A stretch of 63,716 bases of DNA, the filler included, from Octopus bimaculoides (taxonomy: Eukaryota): NCBI RefSeq assembly GCF_001194135.2. It is 5 parts of 5 records of this genome, joined end to end, with 100 filler letters (N's around TTAATTAATTAA, not from the genome) between each part and the next. Parts side by side here need not be neighbours in the genome. Positions count along the whole stretch, not along the records: positions 1 to 22,861 come from NC_068994.1; 4 more parts are not named here. One strand, given 5' to 3'. Within the stretch, counting starts at the first letter, position 1. Every line of letters begins with the position of its first letter. The notes beneath the pieces are model-generated. The model did no database searches, was not told the DNA's origin, and was given only the letters and a program-made list of their open reading frames with translations. A program made the translations under genes and the position numbers. This document shows, piece after piece, positions 1-12,322 of the stretch.

Positions 1-409
1 TATATACATATACATATTCATATATACATATACAAACATACCCATAGGCGGAATTCTATTTGTCCTGCTTATTCTAGCAAGCATATACATGTACACGCAC
101 TTACGCACACATGCCTCTAAGTATATTTATGTCATACGTGTGTGTGTGTACATCGATACATATATGTGTCTATGCATACATACATACGTACATACATGGG
201 TTATAACGAAAGAATGCCATGTATATACATACATATATACACGCATACATATATAAACACATAGATATATACACATATATCTCTATTATAACCTATATAT
301 ATATATANNNNNNNNNNNNNNNNNNNNNNNNNNNNNNNNNNNNNNNNNNNNNNNNNNNNNNNNNNNNNNNNNNNNNNNNNNNNNNNNNNNNNNNNNNNNN
401 NNNNNNNGC

Positions 410-1198
410 AGCTCTGTGTGCCTTGGGTGTGATCTGTGGTTTGTTGTGATGCTCTTATTTTACTGTATTGAAAGTGTTTTACGTAGGATGTGTGTGGTGC
501 CTAGCAGTGCTATTTTTTGTATGTTATATATACTTGTTAGTCCTGATGTTTTTGTCATGTAATTGTCTGAATATTTTTTTTATCATACCTAATGCACCTA
601 CTGTGATAGGAATTGTTTCTGTTTTTAGACTCCACATTCGAGTTACATCTATTTCCATGTCTTTTTATTTTGAAAGTTTCGCCGTTTCTTTTACAGAAAT
701 ATTGTCATCTGTTGGTATTGATACATCGATTAGAAAGCATTTTTTTTTCTTGATGATCTCTGACAACTATATCCGGCTTATTGGCCTTAATTTCTCTATC
801 TGTGTGTATTGGCATATCCCATAGTATGGTTGCTTTCTCATTTTCTGTGACCTTTTCTGGCATGTGCCTATACCATTTTTCTGTTGTTATTCTATAGTGT
901 TGGCATAGCTTCCAGTGTATATGGATCCCAACTCTGTCGTGTCTGTGAATATATTCCTTCTTAGCCAGGACTAGGCAACCAGAGACAATATAATTTATTA
1001 TTTCTTCTCCATCTCCATATATTCTGCAGTTACTTGTATTTCTTTTCATTACGTTTTTTCTTTTTTTTTTTTTCTTTTTTGTAATTTCTAGTGGGGAGGG
1101 TTTGTTCTCGTGCTGCAATTAAAAATCCTTCGGTCTCTGCATCGAGTCCTGAGCTTCTCAGCCATTGTTGAGATTTTTTGCTTTGTCTATTTTTTCTG

Positions 1199-1199
<1 letters not shown>
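410..1199 (-). mobile_element. 3' fragment of an R4/Dong-clade (restriction-like endonuclease) non-LTR retrotransposon, with frameshifts and stops
   Basis: Minus-strand translation gives WLRSSGLDAETEGFLIAAREQTLPTRNY, then IVSGCLVLAKKEYIHRHDRVGIHIHWKLC (CCHC region), ILWDMPIHTDREIKANKPDIVV (PD motif) and CFLIDVSIPTDDNISVKE...RMWSLKTETIPITVGALG...KIALLGTTHILRKTL. This is the typical C-terminus of R4-type ORFs. Confidence 0.9.
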
Positions 1200-1257
<58 letters not shown>

Positions 1258-1599
1258 NNNNNNNNNNNNNNNNNNNNNNNNNNNNNNNNNNNNNNNNNNN
1301 NNNNNNNNNNNNNNNNNNNNNNNNNNNNNNNNNNNNNNNNNNNNNNNNNNNNNNNNNNNNNNNNNNNNNNNNNNNNNNNNNNNNNNNNNNNNNNNNNNNN
1401 NNNNNNNNNNNNNNNNNNNNNNNNNNNNNNNNNNNNNNNNNNNNNNNNNNNNNNNNNNNNNNNNNNNNNNNNNNNNNNNNNNNNNNNNNNNNNNNNNNNN
1501 NNNNNNNNNNNNNNNNNNNNNNNNNNNNNNNNNNNNNNNNNNNNNNNNNNNNNNNNNNNNNNNNNNNNNNNNNNNNNNNNNNNNNNNNNNNNNNNNNNN

Positions 1600-1629
<30 letters not shown>
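1200..1629. repeat. (TTA/TAA)n microsatellite spanning an assembly gap
   Basis: Pure ATT repeats on both sides of the N run 1258-1599. Confidence 0.95.
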
Positions 1630-1630
<1 letters not shown>

Positions 1631-1633
1631 TTT

Positions 1634-1850
1634 CGGTGAGCTGGCTGATAGTTATCGCGCCGGGGAAAATGCTTAGCGGGATTTCGTCCGTTTTTACGTT
1701 CTGAGCTCAAATACTGCCGAGGATGACTTTGCCTTTCAACCTTTCGGGGGCGATAAAATAAGTACCAGTCGAACACTGGTATCGAAATAATCCACTTACC
1801 CCTATTCCTGAAACTGCTGGCCTTGTTCGAAAAGGTCTGAAACCATTATT
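1634..1850 (+). mobile_element. tRNA-derived SINE, family B of this window
   Basis: GGTGAGCTGGC...AAATGCTTAGCGG...GTTCTGAG(T)TCAAAT...GACTTTGCCTTTCA...AGTACCAG...GAAACCATTATT; same family recurs at 12112, 20074, 22015, 35385, 40260, 44175, 56075, 57200, 60765, 61548. Confidence 0.85.
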
Positions 1851-2703
1851 ATAAGTGTGGTGGGTATGCTTGTGTCTGATCGTGATCTGATACAACTAGC
1901 GTCAAATGACGTGAGAGGTGAGAGTAAGCGAGAAACAGTAGCAATGCGAAAGAGGAGAAGTAAGAGAGGAAAAACTGATTGAGAGTGAATGTAATGTATG
2001 AAAAAAAGAGTGCAAGGAAGAAGTGAGATTGTGTGTTGACAGCAAGGTACAGTATAACAGTAGGGTTAACGGCAAGTTTCAGGCGAGCTATTTATTATCT
2101 GACAATGACTTGCCAATTTAGTTTTAATACGTTCCAGCAGACTCGAATACAAATATGCTAATCGTTGCTGTGTTCGTCACAGGAGAACATCTCCTTTATA
2201 ACAAATAAGTCTTCATAGTACACTCCGTTTATTAGGGATTTCTGGACACCGGTGTTCCGACATGTGTCTCACCAGACCAATGAATCAAACAAGAGACGGT
2301 GATCTTGTTTATAATTTCGGCTCACATTGTGTTCGTTAGTCCCTGTTAATATCATCCAATCTAAACAGTCATATGCTCCGTGGGCAGGCAGCGAGAATCA
2401 AAACGATGGCTTCTATATTTATTCTTAATACGTTACGACAGAACGTGAATATGTTAATCACTATTGTGTTAGTCACAAGACAACAGCTTCGGCTTAACGA
2501 CGAATATGTGTTCATAATTTACTCGTTTCATTTGTAGAAGGGATTCTGAGATGTTGAGAAAAAAGCAAAATAGGTTAAAGAAACACGTCTCCGATAGAAA
2601 TTCCAGTGATTTCCTTAACGAAATGCAAGTAAATTAAACCCTCTAAATAGAATTTGTATCTATATAATTTCTCTTACTTCATCATAGTAGTAGATTAACT
2701 TAA

Positions 2704-2944
2704 CCCTTTTACTGCGGAAATCAGATAGAGTCACTCAAAATTTTATTACGTTTAACTGTGGAAAGCACTTTTGTATACCAATCTATCTCTTGTTGGTGAA
2801 TGTCATGCTTGAAACTTTTTTATGTTCAACATAAATAACTGTTAAGTGTAATGTGGCAACGTGACTTGCAGAAGACACGAATTCTATTCTTTTGGTAGAT
2901 GTTTAACATCATTAATGGAAGAATTTAATTTCGCAGCGAAAGGG
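2704..2944. mobile_element. piggyBac-like MITE (241 bp)
   Basis: Left end TTAA|CCCTTTTACTGCGGAAAT; right end ATTTCGCAGCGAAAGGG|TTAA. Imperfect TIRs starting CCCT and a TTAA target-site duplication (2700-2703, 2945-2948). Confidence 0.75.
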
Positions 2945-3589
2945 TTAAAATGTTTAACACCTATTTATCTTCCATCTTTTTTATCGTCAGTCCCCCACCA
3001 CTCTCGTACGAGAAACTTTGGTCTCTCAGAGAGGACACAACAACAAAATGGTTAAAAACTCATTGTGATCAGCCAAGCATGAAAAGAAAAGAATGAATAA
3101 AGAAAAAAAAACGCATTTTCAATGCTGTTTGGTGTGAATGGTAAACGTGTGACGACGTTCGTACTTAGTCGGCTGCTATTGAAAAAAAAACAAAAAAAAA
3201 AACGTTTTTTTTGTTTCGTAATTTTTTCTATCACTGAAACACGAGAGGAAAACTACAATTATGAGAAGTTGTTTTGGCAACCTGTAGAGAGTTGATTAGA
3301 TTAATTAGTTTAATTAATGGTTCTAAAGAGAAAGAAGACATCAAGACTCATTGATATAACGTTGACAATTTCGTATTTAAAAATAGTTTGTCATGAATCG
3401 AAAGACGTAAAAAAATGTGAAAAGAAAGAGAAGAAATCAAGATTTGAAGGTCGTCTCTTTAAGAATAACAATGTCAGGATTTAATCTTGGAAAGAGAAGA
3501 TATTTAGAATGGACATTGTTCTGTAGTGGTTTTGTGTGAGAAGCATGAAAGCATTTGGTACTTATTACACCAATAATACTTATCTGCTG

Positions 3590-3895
3590 AGGGCGCCTGG
3601 CCTGGCCTGGCCTGTCCTGGCATGGTAGTTAGGGTGTTTCACTTACGAACGCCAGATCGTGGTTTCGATTCCAGGGTCGTGCACTACGTTGTTTTTGAGC
3701 TAAACACTTCATCTCACATTACTCTGCATTTCGACTTCTGATGTGTGGCAGACCGTACACCCGTACAGGTAATGTCGATTTAATTGAGAGACTGAGCTAA
3801 TGTGCAACACGGAAATTTGATCATCCCCATTAACAAATCATCTGTGATGATTGCAAAGCAGTCGTTCTTGGACCCGAGACGACCATTACTTTACT
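3590..3895 (+). mobile_element. tRNA-headed SINE (family D-like)
   Basis: A-box-like TGGCATGGTAGTTAGG, B-box-like GGTTTCGATTCC, then a GTTGTTTTTGAGCTAAACACTTCAT core related to 27640, 37915 and 53673. Confidence 0.65.
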
Positions 3896-4048
3896 TAGTA
3901 CGTATTTACTGGTGTTTTTGCTGTTGTTGAACTCCCAGGTTTCCCAGATCAAGATTTATGATCAAAGACATCCCAGCCGTGAGTATCCCGTCTCTTTAGG
4001 GAGTATGTCATCCGCGCTTATACAAAAAATATAATATACAGGAAATCT

Positions 4049-4614
4049 TTAGTCGAGCAAATCGACCCCAGGACTTATTCTTTGGAAGCCTAATACTTAT
4101 GCTATCGGTCTCTTGTGCCGAACCGCTAATATTACGGGGACGTTAACACGCCAGCATCGGTTGTCAAGCGATGTTGGGGGGACAAACATAGACACACACA
4201 CACACACACACACACANNNNNNNNNNNNNNNNNNNNNNNNNNNNNNNNNNNNNNNNNNNNNNNNNNNNNNNNNNNNNNNNNNNNNNNNNNNNNNNNNNNN
4301 NNNNNNNNNNNNNNNNNNNNNNNNNNNNNNNNNNNNNNNNNNNNNNNNNNNNNNNNNNNNNNNNNNNNNNNNNNNNNNNNNNNNNNNNNNNNNNNNNNNN
4401 NNNNNNNNNNNNNNNNNNNNNNNNNNNNNNNNNNNNNNNNNNNNNNATATATGCATATATACGACGGGCTTCTTTCAGTTTCTGTCTACCAAATCCACTC
4501 ACAAAGCTTTGGTCGGCCCGTAGCTATAGTAGAAGACACTTGCCCAAGGTGCCACACAGTGGGACTGAACCCAGAACCATGTGGTTGGTAAGCAAGCTAC
4601 TTACCACACAGCCG
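4049..4614 (-). mobile_element. Composite tRNA-derived SINE, family A, with an internal microsatellite and gap
   Basis: Reverse complement of GGCTGTGTGGTAAGTAGCTTGC...GGGCAAGTGTCTTCTACTATAGC...GAAAGAAGCCCGTCGTAT [microsatellite] ...GTTGTCAAGCG...GGGGTCGATTTGCTCGACTAAA; compare the well-preserved copy at 47115-47520. Confidence 0.9.
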
Positions 4615-6175
4615 TTTCGCAAGTATTGCAGACCTTATCAGTTTGATTCGTGTTTTATGTTAAAGCCATCGTAGATTCGAAAAATCAAAAGCGCCCTTTA
4701 GTTATATACAAACAATGCGGACGACAGTAAACATTGAGAGAGGCGAGTAGTCTAGTTTGGCCCTGTGCCGCTTCTGCCACAGCAGAACTACAATTTTGGG
4801 TGAATGATATCATATCGGTAAGGAAGGTGAAGGAGATAGAAATTAAGAAAGGTAAATGTCGATGATTTCAGTGAAATAATAAAGATATTGGTTTGGTTCT
4901 GTGTCTGGATGACATGGAAGTGCGCAAATGGTATAGGAATTCTATCGTTAGAAAGCGCCTACAATGACATAACCATGCATATGAACACAGCCAGTTTATA
5001 GACACACAAACGTACGCTTGTGCGCGAACATGTGTGTAATGTGCATATGTATGGTTATATATGTATGCATATGTGCATGTCTATATATCATACACTTTCT
5101 TATAAATGCGTTTAATTACATGCATATAGATATATACACTCATCTGCATGTGCATATATATATATATATGTATACACATACACATATAATATATACATAT
5201 ATGTTTGTGTATTTATGTGTATATATATGTCTGTGTTTGTATGTATGTATATATAAATGATACATAATATATAAATATACATATATATATTACATATATA
5301 TATATATATATATANNNNNNNNNNNNNNNNNNNNNNNNNNNNNNNNNNNNNNNNNNNNNNNNNNNNNNNNNNNNNNNNNNNNNNNNNNNNNNNNNNNNNN
5401 NNNNNNNNNNNNNNNNNNNNNNNNNNNNNNNNNNNNNNNNNNNNNNNNNNNNNNNNNNNNNNNNNNNNNNNNNNNNNNNNNNNNNNNNNNNNNNNNNNNN
5501 NNNNNNNNNNNNNNNNNNNNNNNNNNNNNNNNNNNNNNNNNNNNNNNNNNNNNNNNNNNNNNNNNNNNNNNNNNNNNNNNNNNNNNNNNNNNNNNNNNNN
5601 NNNNNNNNNNNNNNNNNNNNNNNNNNNNNNNNNNNNNNNNNNNNNNNNNNNNNNNNNNNNNNNNNNNNNNNNNNNNNNNNNNNNNNNNNNNNNNNNNNNN
5701 NNNNNNNNNNNNNNNNNNNNNNNNNNNNNNNNNNNNNNNNNNNNNNNNNNNNNNNNNNNNNNNNNNNNNNNNNNNNNNNNNNNNNNNNNNNNNNNNNNNN
5801 NNNNNNNNNNNNNNNNNNNNNNNNNNNNNNNNNNNNNNNNNNNNNNNNNNNNNNNNNNNNNNNNNNNNNNNNNNNNNNNNNNNNNNNNNNNNNNNNNNNN
5901 NNNNNNNNNNNNNNNNNNNNNNNNNNNNNNNNNNNNNNNNNNNNNNNNNNNNNNNGTGTAATACATTTATTGCATAAAATGTTGCTGTGTTGCAAGGCTA
6001 GCCGATGGTTGGTTGGTTGGTTGGTTGGATGGTTAGCTAAGTCATTGATAACAAAGAACAGAAAGAAAAAGGAGGGGAAAAAAGAAGAAAAGAAAAAAGA
6101 AAATTAAAGAAAAGAAGAAACAATGAAAGAACTGAAGAGCAAATAAAAACCTGCTTTAAGTCGCTTATCTTCTGT

Positions 6176-6178
6176 CTG

Positions 6179-6238
<60 letters not shown>
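6176..6238. repeat. (TATC)n microsatellite
   Basis: Direct tetranucleotide array. Confidence 0.95.
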
Positions 6239-6250
6239 CATCTCTCTCTT

Positions 6251-6281
<31 letters not shown>

Positions 6282-6703
6282 GTATATATATATGCAGATT
6301 TACAGGCACACACATATGTGCGTGCGCGCGTGTATGTGTAAATAAGCTACTGAATAACAACAAAACTTGCGATAGACTATTATTATTTCAATCTGTCTCT
6401 GTGTGTGTAGTGTGGTGCAATGCAATGTAGTGTTTACGCATGATGTGAAGTATTTAAGTTTAGTGGGAGAGTTCTTCGACTAATTAAGAGGCATATATTT
6501 TACATTTCTCTATTTATGTATGTATGTATGTATGTGTGTGTATGTATGTCTGTATGTATGTATATATGTGTGTGTGTGTTTGTGTATGAATGTATGTGTG
6601 TGGGTATGAATGTATGTATGTACATATGTACTTTTGTGTGCATGTATATATTTTTGTATATGTGTGTGTATGCCTGTCTGTCTGTATGTATGTATGTATA
6701 AAT

Positions 6704-6735
<32 letters not shown>

Positions 6736-7442
6736 TGTGTGTGTGTGTGTGTGTATGCGAGCGCGTGCACAATAAAATGACAGAGGGAGTGAGAGAAATT
6801 TCTGGGTGTTCCTGCTTTTAAATAGGAGCATTCATTCATTGAATACAAGTGATAAGGAGAAAATATATAATCCGTTAGAGATAATACATCACTTTCGTTC
6901 TAAGTTTATACCATGCAACCATCAGACGATTACAAACCGAACTGGTTAATACTTGTGATGTGTAATGAAGTTTTATTACACTAAGTTTTCGTATCACATT
7001 TGGAGAAAGAAAGAATTTGCAAGAAGCATAACTCGTTATATGTTATAAACAATTTTAGCTGTAAATTAAATCAGATATCTTCACTAAATGTCGACACTTC
7101 AATAACTAGATTCTGAAAGACTGTAATTACTATCTAACAGAATAGAGTCAATAGTTGACTATTTATCAGGTAAAATTACGCATTCTATGAGTGCTAAAAT
7201 TTCGCATTATCGAATTGGGTAAACAAAGAGTCATTTGTATTACTAATGTTATTAGACTATAACGTTTGCATATCATTGTTTGTCGATTCGCGAAACTTAA
7301 TGTTCGTGTTGTTTAAGTGTTTCCTACTAATTAGACTAATCTCGAGTTTTGAGGGATAAAGTAATTGCATTTAGGATTGGAAGTAAAATTCTCCTTGGGT
7401 TTTAATGTTTGCATGTATGTAGGTCTGCCATTCTGTCTGTCA

Positions 7443-7478
<36 letters not shown>

Positions 7479-7483
7479 GTTTC

Positions 7484-7522
<39 letters not shown>

Positions 7523-7647
7523 ATACTTACATATACATATGTGTGTGTACGATGTAGGTGTGTGTATTTATTTAACACCTTGTTGCTTTTTTCTCCTGTG
7601 TCTCTCTTACGCCACTCACATTCATGAATGCATACATTCACACACTT

Positions 7648-7688
<41 letters not shown>

Positions 7689-7874
7689 NNNNNNNNNNCA
7701 TACACACACACACACACACACACATACACACATATATATATACATACATATTTGTATTCATGCGAATGTATAATGTACGTACATATGAATTAATTTTTGT
7801 TAAGTGGGAACACGCTCATGTGTGTGTTCGCGCGCATGTATTCGTAACTACGTGCATGCATGGGTATGCATGTA

Positions 7875-8350
7875 CGTTGTTGTTGTAGTTTGGCACTGGT
7901 AGCAAAGCTGAAGCACCATATCCATAACCAAAAGTTTTCTGGGAAGGGTCGTTCGGATAGAGCCCTCAAACACCTACTCCATAGGCTCCTGGCCCTATGA
8001 GAAGCAACTATTACCGTACTGGATTCATAAGTGTAACCAATTGAGACTGTGGATATTTCCCCAAAATCACGCCCATGATCTGCCTCCAGATCTCCTACCT
8101 GTTGACCAGGCTTCAAGAATTCCTCTTGCGATCGTTTGCGGCTGCATTTTTACCATATATTCGTAGTACTGGAACCGTGGTCTCTTCGAAAACTGAATCA
8201 TCCAATACTTCATTTCTTTTGTTTTTGTTATGTCCTGCTTTTTTCTTTTCTTTTTAAGAAAGTAAGATTTAACAATTCTCCCCACTGGAGAGTTAACGAT
8301 TAGAGGTTTGGCTGTTGTTTCTAGCATATTCATTAACCATACAGAGCCAC
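7875..8350 (-). mobile_element. Possible degenerate retroelement 3' end, family not recognised
   Basis: Minus strand gives protein-like text in two overlapping frames (KYWMIQFSKRPRFQYYEYMVK; DHGRDFGEISTVSIGYTY...ENFWLWIW) ending in a short (CAA)n tail. It shares 60 bp with 9955-10014. Confidence 0.3.
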
Positions 8351-9399
8351 CTTCTTTGGCTTCTTAATAATGGTGTTGTTATCTTTAGTGCTATGCTTAA
8401 TGTTTGTTTTGATTTCTTATCTGGCTTGTTTGTTTTTCTTTTGTTTGTTTAATGTAATATATGGTGCATTGTATGTGTCGAATGTGTATGTGTATGTTTG
8501 TGTATGTGTGTGTGTGTCATGCATATGTGTTTGTGTGTTTTATGTGTGCTTGTTATTTGTGCTTACGTAACGCAAGGCCTCTCCTTGCATTTGCGATTAT
8601 TATGACTGCCTGGCCTATTGAGGATTATCGCTATTACGATGTGGGGGAAATAGTGGTAATGATGATTATGATGATAATATATTATGCTAATGAGGATGAC
8701 GACGAAGACGACGACGATTACTAAGACGACGATGGCGACGACGACGACGACGACGATGATAAATTATTGCATTTATTTGCCGCGAATACAGAGTAATGTG
8801 GATATTGCGGAGTGAACGAGGGGTTTACCTTAAAATTAGATGAAGAGGAACAGTAGACAAAATGATATACATATTATACAAATGTGCGATAGAGTCCTCA
8901 GAGAGAACAACCGCCATCTTAGACTAATCAAAGGACCCCGCAGATCCAGGATTATCTTCACTAACAAGAGCTAATATCGTCTCCTAGTTGATCCCAGCTC
9001 TTGAAATAATTGTCAAATGCCTGCGTCTATTGTTAAATGGTTATTGTAATTAAAACAAGTGGCTAGTGGGCCCCAAACGTGATCAAGATAATATAATGAT
9101 ATAACAATTATAGTATTATCGTCTGCTTAATGTTATTAGTTGGTTAAGTTATCTAAAAGGCTCCATTCGAAAGCGATCAGAACAAGCAGTTTATAATGTT
9201 TAGCGAAGGAAACCCATTCCGGTCAACAGATGATAGCGTTGGCTCGTTTATTTATTCGGGCCATATTTACTACTGTCACTCATTTTTTAAACATAATTTA
9301 CAATTGGCGAGTTCTCATTTCTTCACCTTCACCTTGCTTTCCAAGTGGACTAATTTGAGAAAATCGTGGAGAGTTTGATCGAAGCGGAAAGTGTCAGTT

Positions 9400-10150
9400 T
9401 TGAGGTCTTTTAGTCGCGTCCTCACACAGATTCTTTCGTGAGAGAGCAGGAAACATCCTTTCCCTCTCGACTAAAAACTTGTTTCTGATTTTACTCCCCA
9501 CATTCTGGTTATCTCTATTTTCAGATCTTTATATTTAGATCATTTCTCCATCGTCAGTTCAGGATGATACATCCTTCAGGAAGCAAGTCCTCTCCTTGTA
9601 CATTTTGAAAAGAACAATATTTGGTCGATTTACCTTAATATATATGTCAGTCTACATTGACAGAATATAGTTACCTTGAAGTTCTATCAGATCTTGTCTG
9701 GAATATGATTACACAATCTCTTTTTGTTCGGATCGCATATTGCTAGCATGATTTCTAGACTACAAAGGCACCTCCAACTCATTCATGCTTATTCCTTAAC
9801 CGTAGCAAAGCAACCGGAGACAATGTAACGGATGATTTCTTCTTTCTCACATATCCTGCGCTTTCTGCTCCGTTAAATACCTTCGGTAGTTTTTGGTACG
9901 GGAGCTTTGATCTGGGTCCGCAATGAAAAATCCTCCAGGTTAAGCTGTAAGTTCATGAATATGCTAGAAACAACAGCCAAACCTCTAATCGTTAAATCTC
10001 CAGTAGGGAGAATTTTTTCTTTATATAATTACCCTCTGTTCAGTTTTCTCAGGTTTTCATCGTATTGGGGTCATCTGCCATCGATATAGCATGGCATTCC
10101 GTTGGCCCATTTTCAGCTTAGATTTTAGATTTATTTTGCATTTTTTTCGT
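9400..10150 (-). mobile_element. Highly degenerate R4/Dong-like LINE fragment
   Basis: Minus-strand remnants ADPDQSSRTKNYR, CRICEKEEIIRYIVSGC, NHIPDKI and SKYKDLKIEITRMWGVK match the ORF region seen at 410-1199. Confidence 0.75.
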
Positions 10151-10281
10151 CATTGTTTCTCCCTTCTCTCAGTTTTTTTTTGTCATTTTAGCCTATCTCT
10201 CTCTTTTCCCTTTCCCCCTCTCTCTCTCTCTTCCTCTCTTGGTCTCTCACAGAAACCATAAGGAACTTGTTTTTATTATTT

Positions 10282-10428
10282 TGGCTGTGTTGCCAAGAAA
10301 CATCCTTTGCAACCACTTCCCTTTCGGATTCAGTCCCACAGCGTGGAACCTTGACCAACAATCTTCTATTATTTTCCCGGGCTGACCAATGTCTTATGGA
10401 CGGAAAGTGTGTCGAAACCTGTCGTGTG
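10282..10428 (+). mobile_element. SINE family A, degenerate 5' half
   Basis: TGGCTGTGTTGCCAAG...TTCAGTCCCACAGCGTGG... followed by (TA)n and a gap. Confidence 0.6.
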
Positions 10429-10437
10429 TGTGCATGT

Positions 10438-10469
<32 letters not shown>

Positions 10470-11779
10470 NNNNNNNNNNNNNNNNNNNNNNNNNNNNNNN
10501 NNNNNNNNNNNNNNNNNNNNNNNNNNNNNNNNNNNNNNNNNNNNNNNNNNNNNNNNNNNNNNNNNNNNNNNNNNNNNNNNNNNNNNNNNNNNNNNNNNNN
10601 NNNNNNNNNNNNNNNNNNNNNNNNNNNNNNNNNNNNNNNNNNNNNNNNNNNNNNNNNNNNNNNNNNNNNNNNNNNNNNNNNNNNNNNNNNNNNNNNNNNN
10701 NNNNNNNNNNNNNNNNNNNNNNNNNNNNNNNNNNNNNNNNNNNNNNNNNNNNNNNNNNNNNNNNNNNNNNNNNNNNNNNNNNNNNNNNNNNNNNNNNNNN
10801 NNNNNNNNNNNNNNNNNNNNNNNNNNNNNNNNNNNNNNNNNNNNNNNNNNNNNNNNNNNNNNNNNNNNNNNNNNNNNNNNNNNNNNNNNNNNNNNNNNNN
10901 NNNNNNNNNNNNNNNNNNNNNNNNNNNNNNNNNNNNNNNNNNNNNNNNNNNNNNNNNNNNNNNNNNNNNNNNNNNNNNNNNNNNNNNNNNNNNNNNNNNN
11001 NNNNNNNNNNNNNNNNNNNNNNNNNNNNNNNNNNNNNNNNNNNNNNNNNNNNNNNNNNNNNNNNNNNNNNNNNNNNNNNNNNNNNNNNNNNNNNNNNNNN
11101 NNNNNNNNNNNTATATATGTGTGTATATATATATATGAATGTGTGTGTATACATACATACACACACAAACACACAGATATGGATATATAGATATGTGTGT
11201 ATGTATAGTTATGCGCACAGACGCAAACAGACACAAACATATATACATATATGCATATATATATATTAATATATGCGTATGTGTATGGAACATATGTATA
11301 TAAATGTACGTACATAGATGTACGACCATACACATATATGTGTGTGTATGCATGTATGCATGTTCATACATACATACATACATACATACATACATACATA
11401 CATACATAAGTATTGTAGAGTAAGAAATGGAGGGAGACTTGAGCTGGAACATAAAGCGGCAGGCAATTGTTATTCTCTGGCTGCCATGACATATCAGGCA
11501 GATCGGAATGTCTTAATTGGTAAATAGGGTTACACACGTATACATGAATACGCGCAAACGCACACACACACACACACACNNNNNNNNNNTGTATATATAT
11601 ATACTATACATACATACATTCATATATAATATGTGACTACATGTATGTATATATAAGTCTGTATGTATGTACACGTCCATATATATACATACTTACATGA
11701 AATTTTAAACACATACACACACTCTGACAACCACACACATGCATGCTTATGTATGTGTGTGTTTGTATGTGTGTCTGTT

Positions 11780-11838
<59 letters not shown>

Positions 11839-11929
11839 NNNNNNNNNNNNNNNCGTTTTTCTGTTTTTTCATTTTTTACTCAGTTTATGACCGAAAAAAA
11901 GAACAAAAGATAAAACGGAATACGGTTCT

Positions 11930-12105
11930 TCCCGGGTTATAAAGATTCATGGCGTATATATTCTCCACCTGGACGGGACGTTAGTCTGTCGTAGGATTAC
12001 TCACTTTTACCAACTGAGTGAACTGGAACAAGTTGAAATTAAGTGTTTTGTTCAAAGACACAACACATTGCTCGGTCCAGGAATCGAAACCACAGTCTTA
12101 CGATA
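11930..12105 (-). mobile_element. tRNA-headed SINE (family D-like)
   Basis: Reverse of GTGGTTTCGATTCCTGGACC...GTTGTGTCTTTGAACAAAACACTT...CCAGTTCACTCAG. Confidence 0.65.
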
Positions 12106-12111
12106 ATCGTT

Positions 12112-12322
12112 TCAAATTTTGCTACAAGGGCAGCAATTTTTAGAGAGGAGATAAGACGATTACATCGACCTCCAGTGTTTCACTGGTACTTAATTTATCG
12201 ACCCCGAAAGGATGAAAGGCAAAGTCGACTTCGGCGGAATTTGAACTCAGAACGTAACGGCAGACGAAATACCGCTAAGCATTTCGCCCGGCGTTCCAAC
12301 GATTCTGCCAGCTCACCGCCTT
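12112..12322 (-). mobile_element. SINE family B, near full length
   Basis: Reverse complement of GGCGGTGAGCTGGCAGAATCGTT...GTTCTGAGTTCAAATTCCGCCGAAGTCGACTTTGCC...CCCTTGTAGC. Confidence 0.9.
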
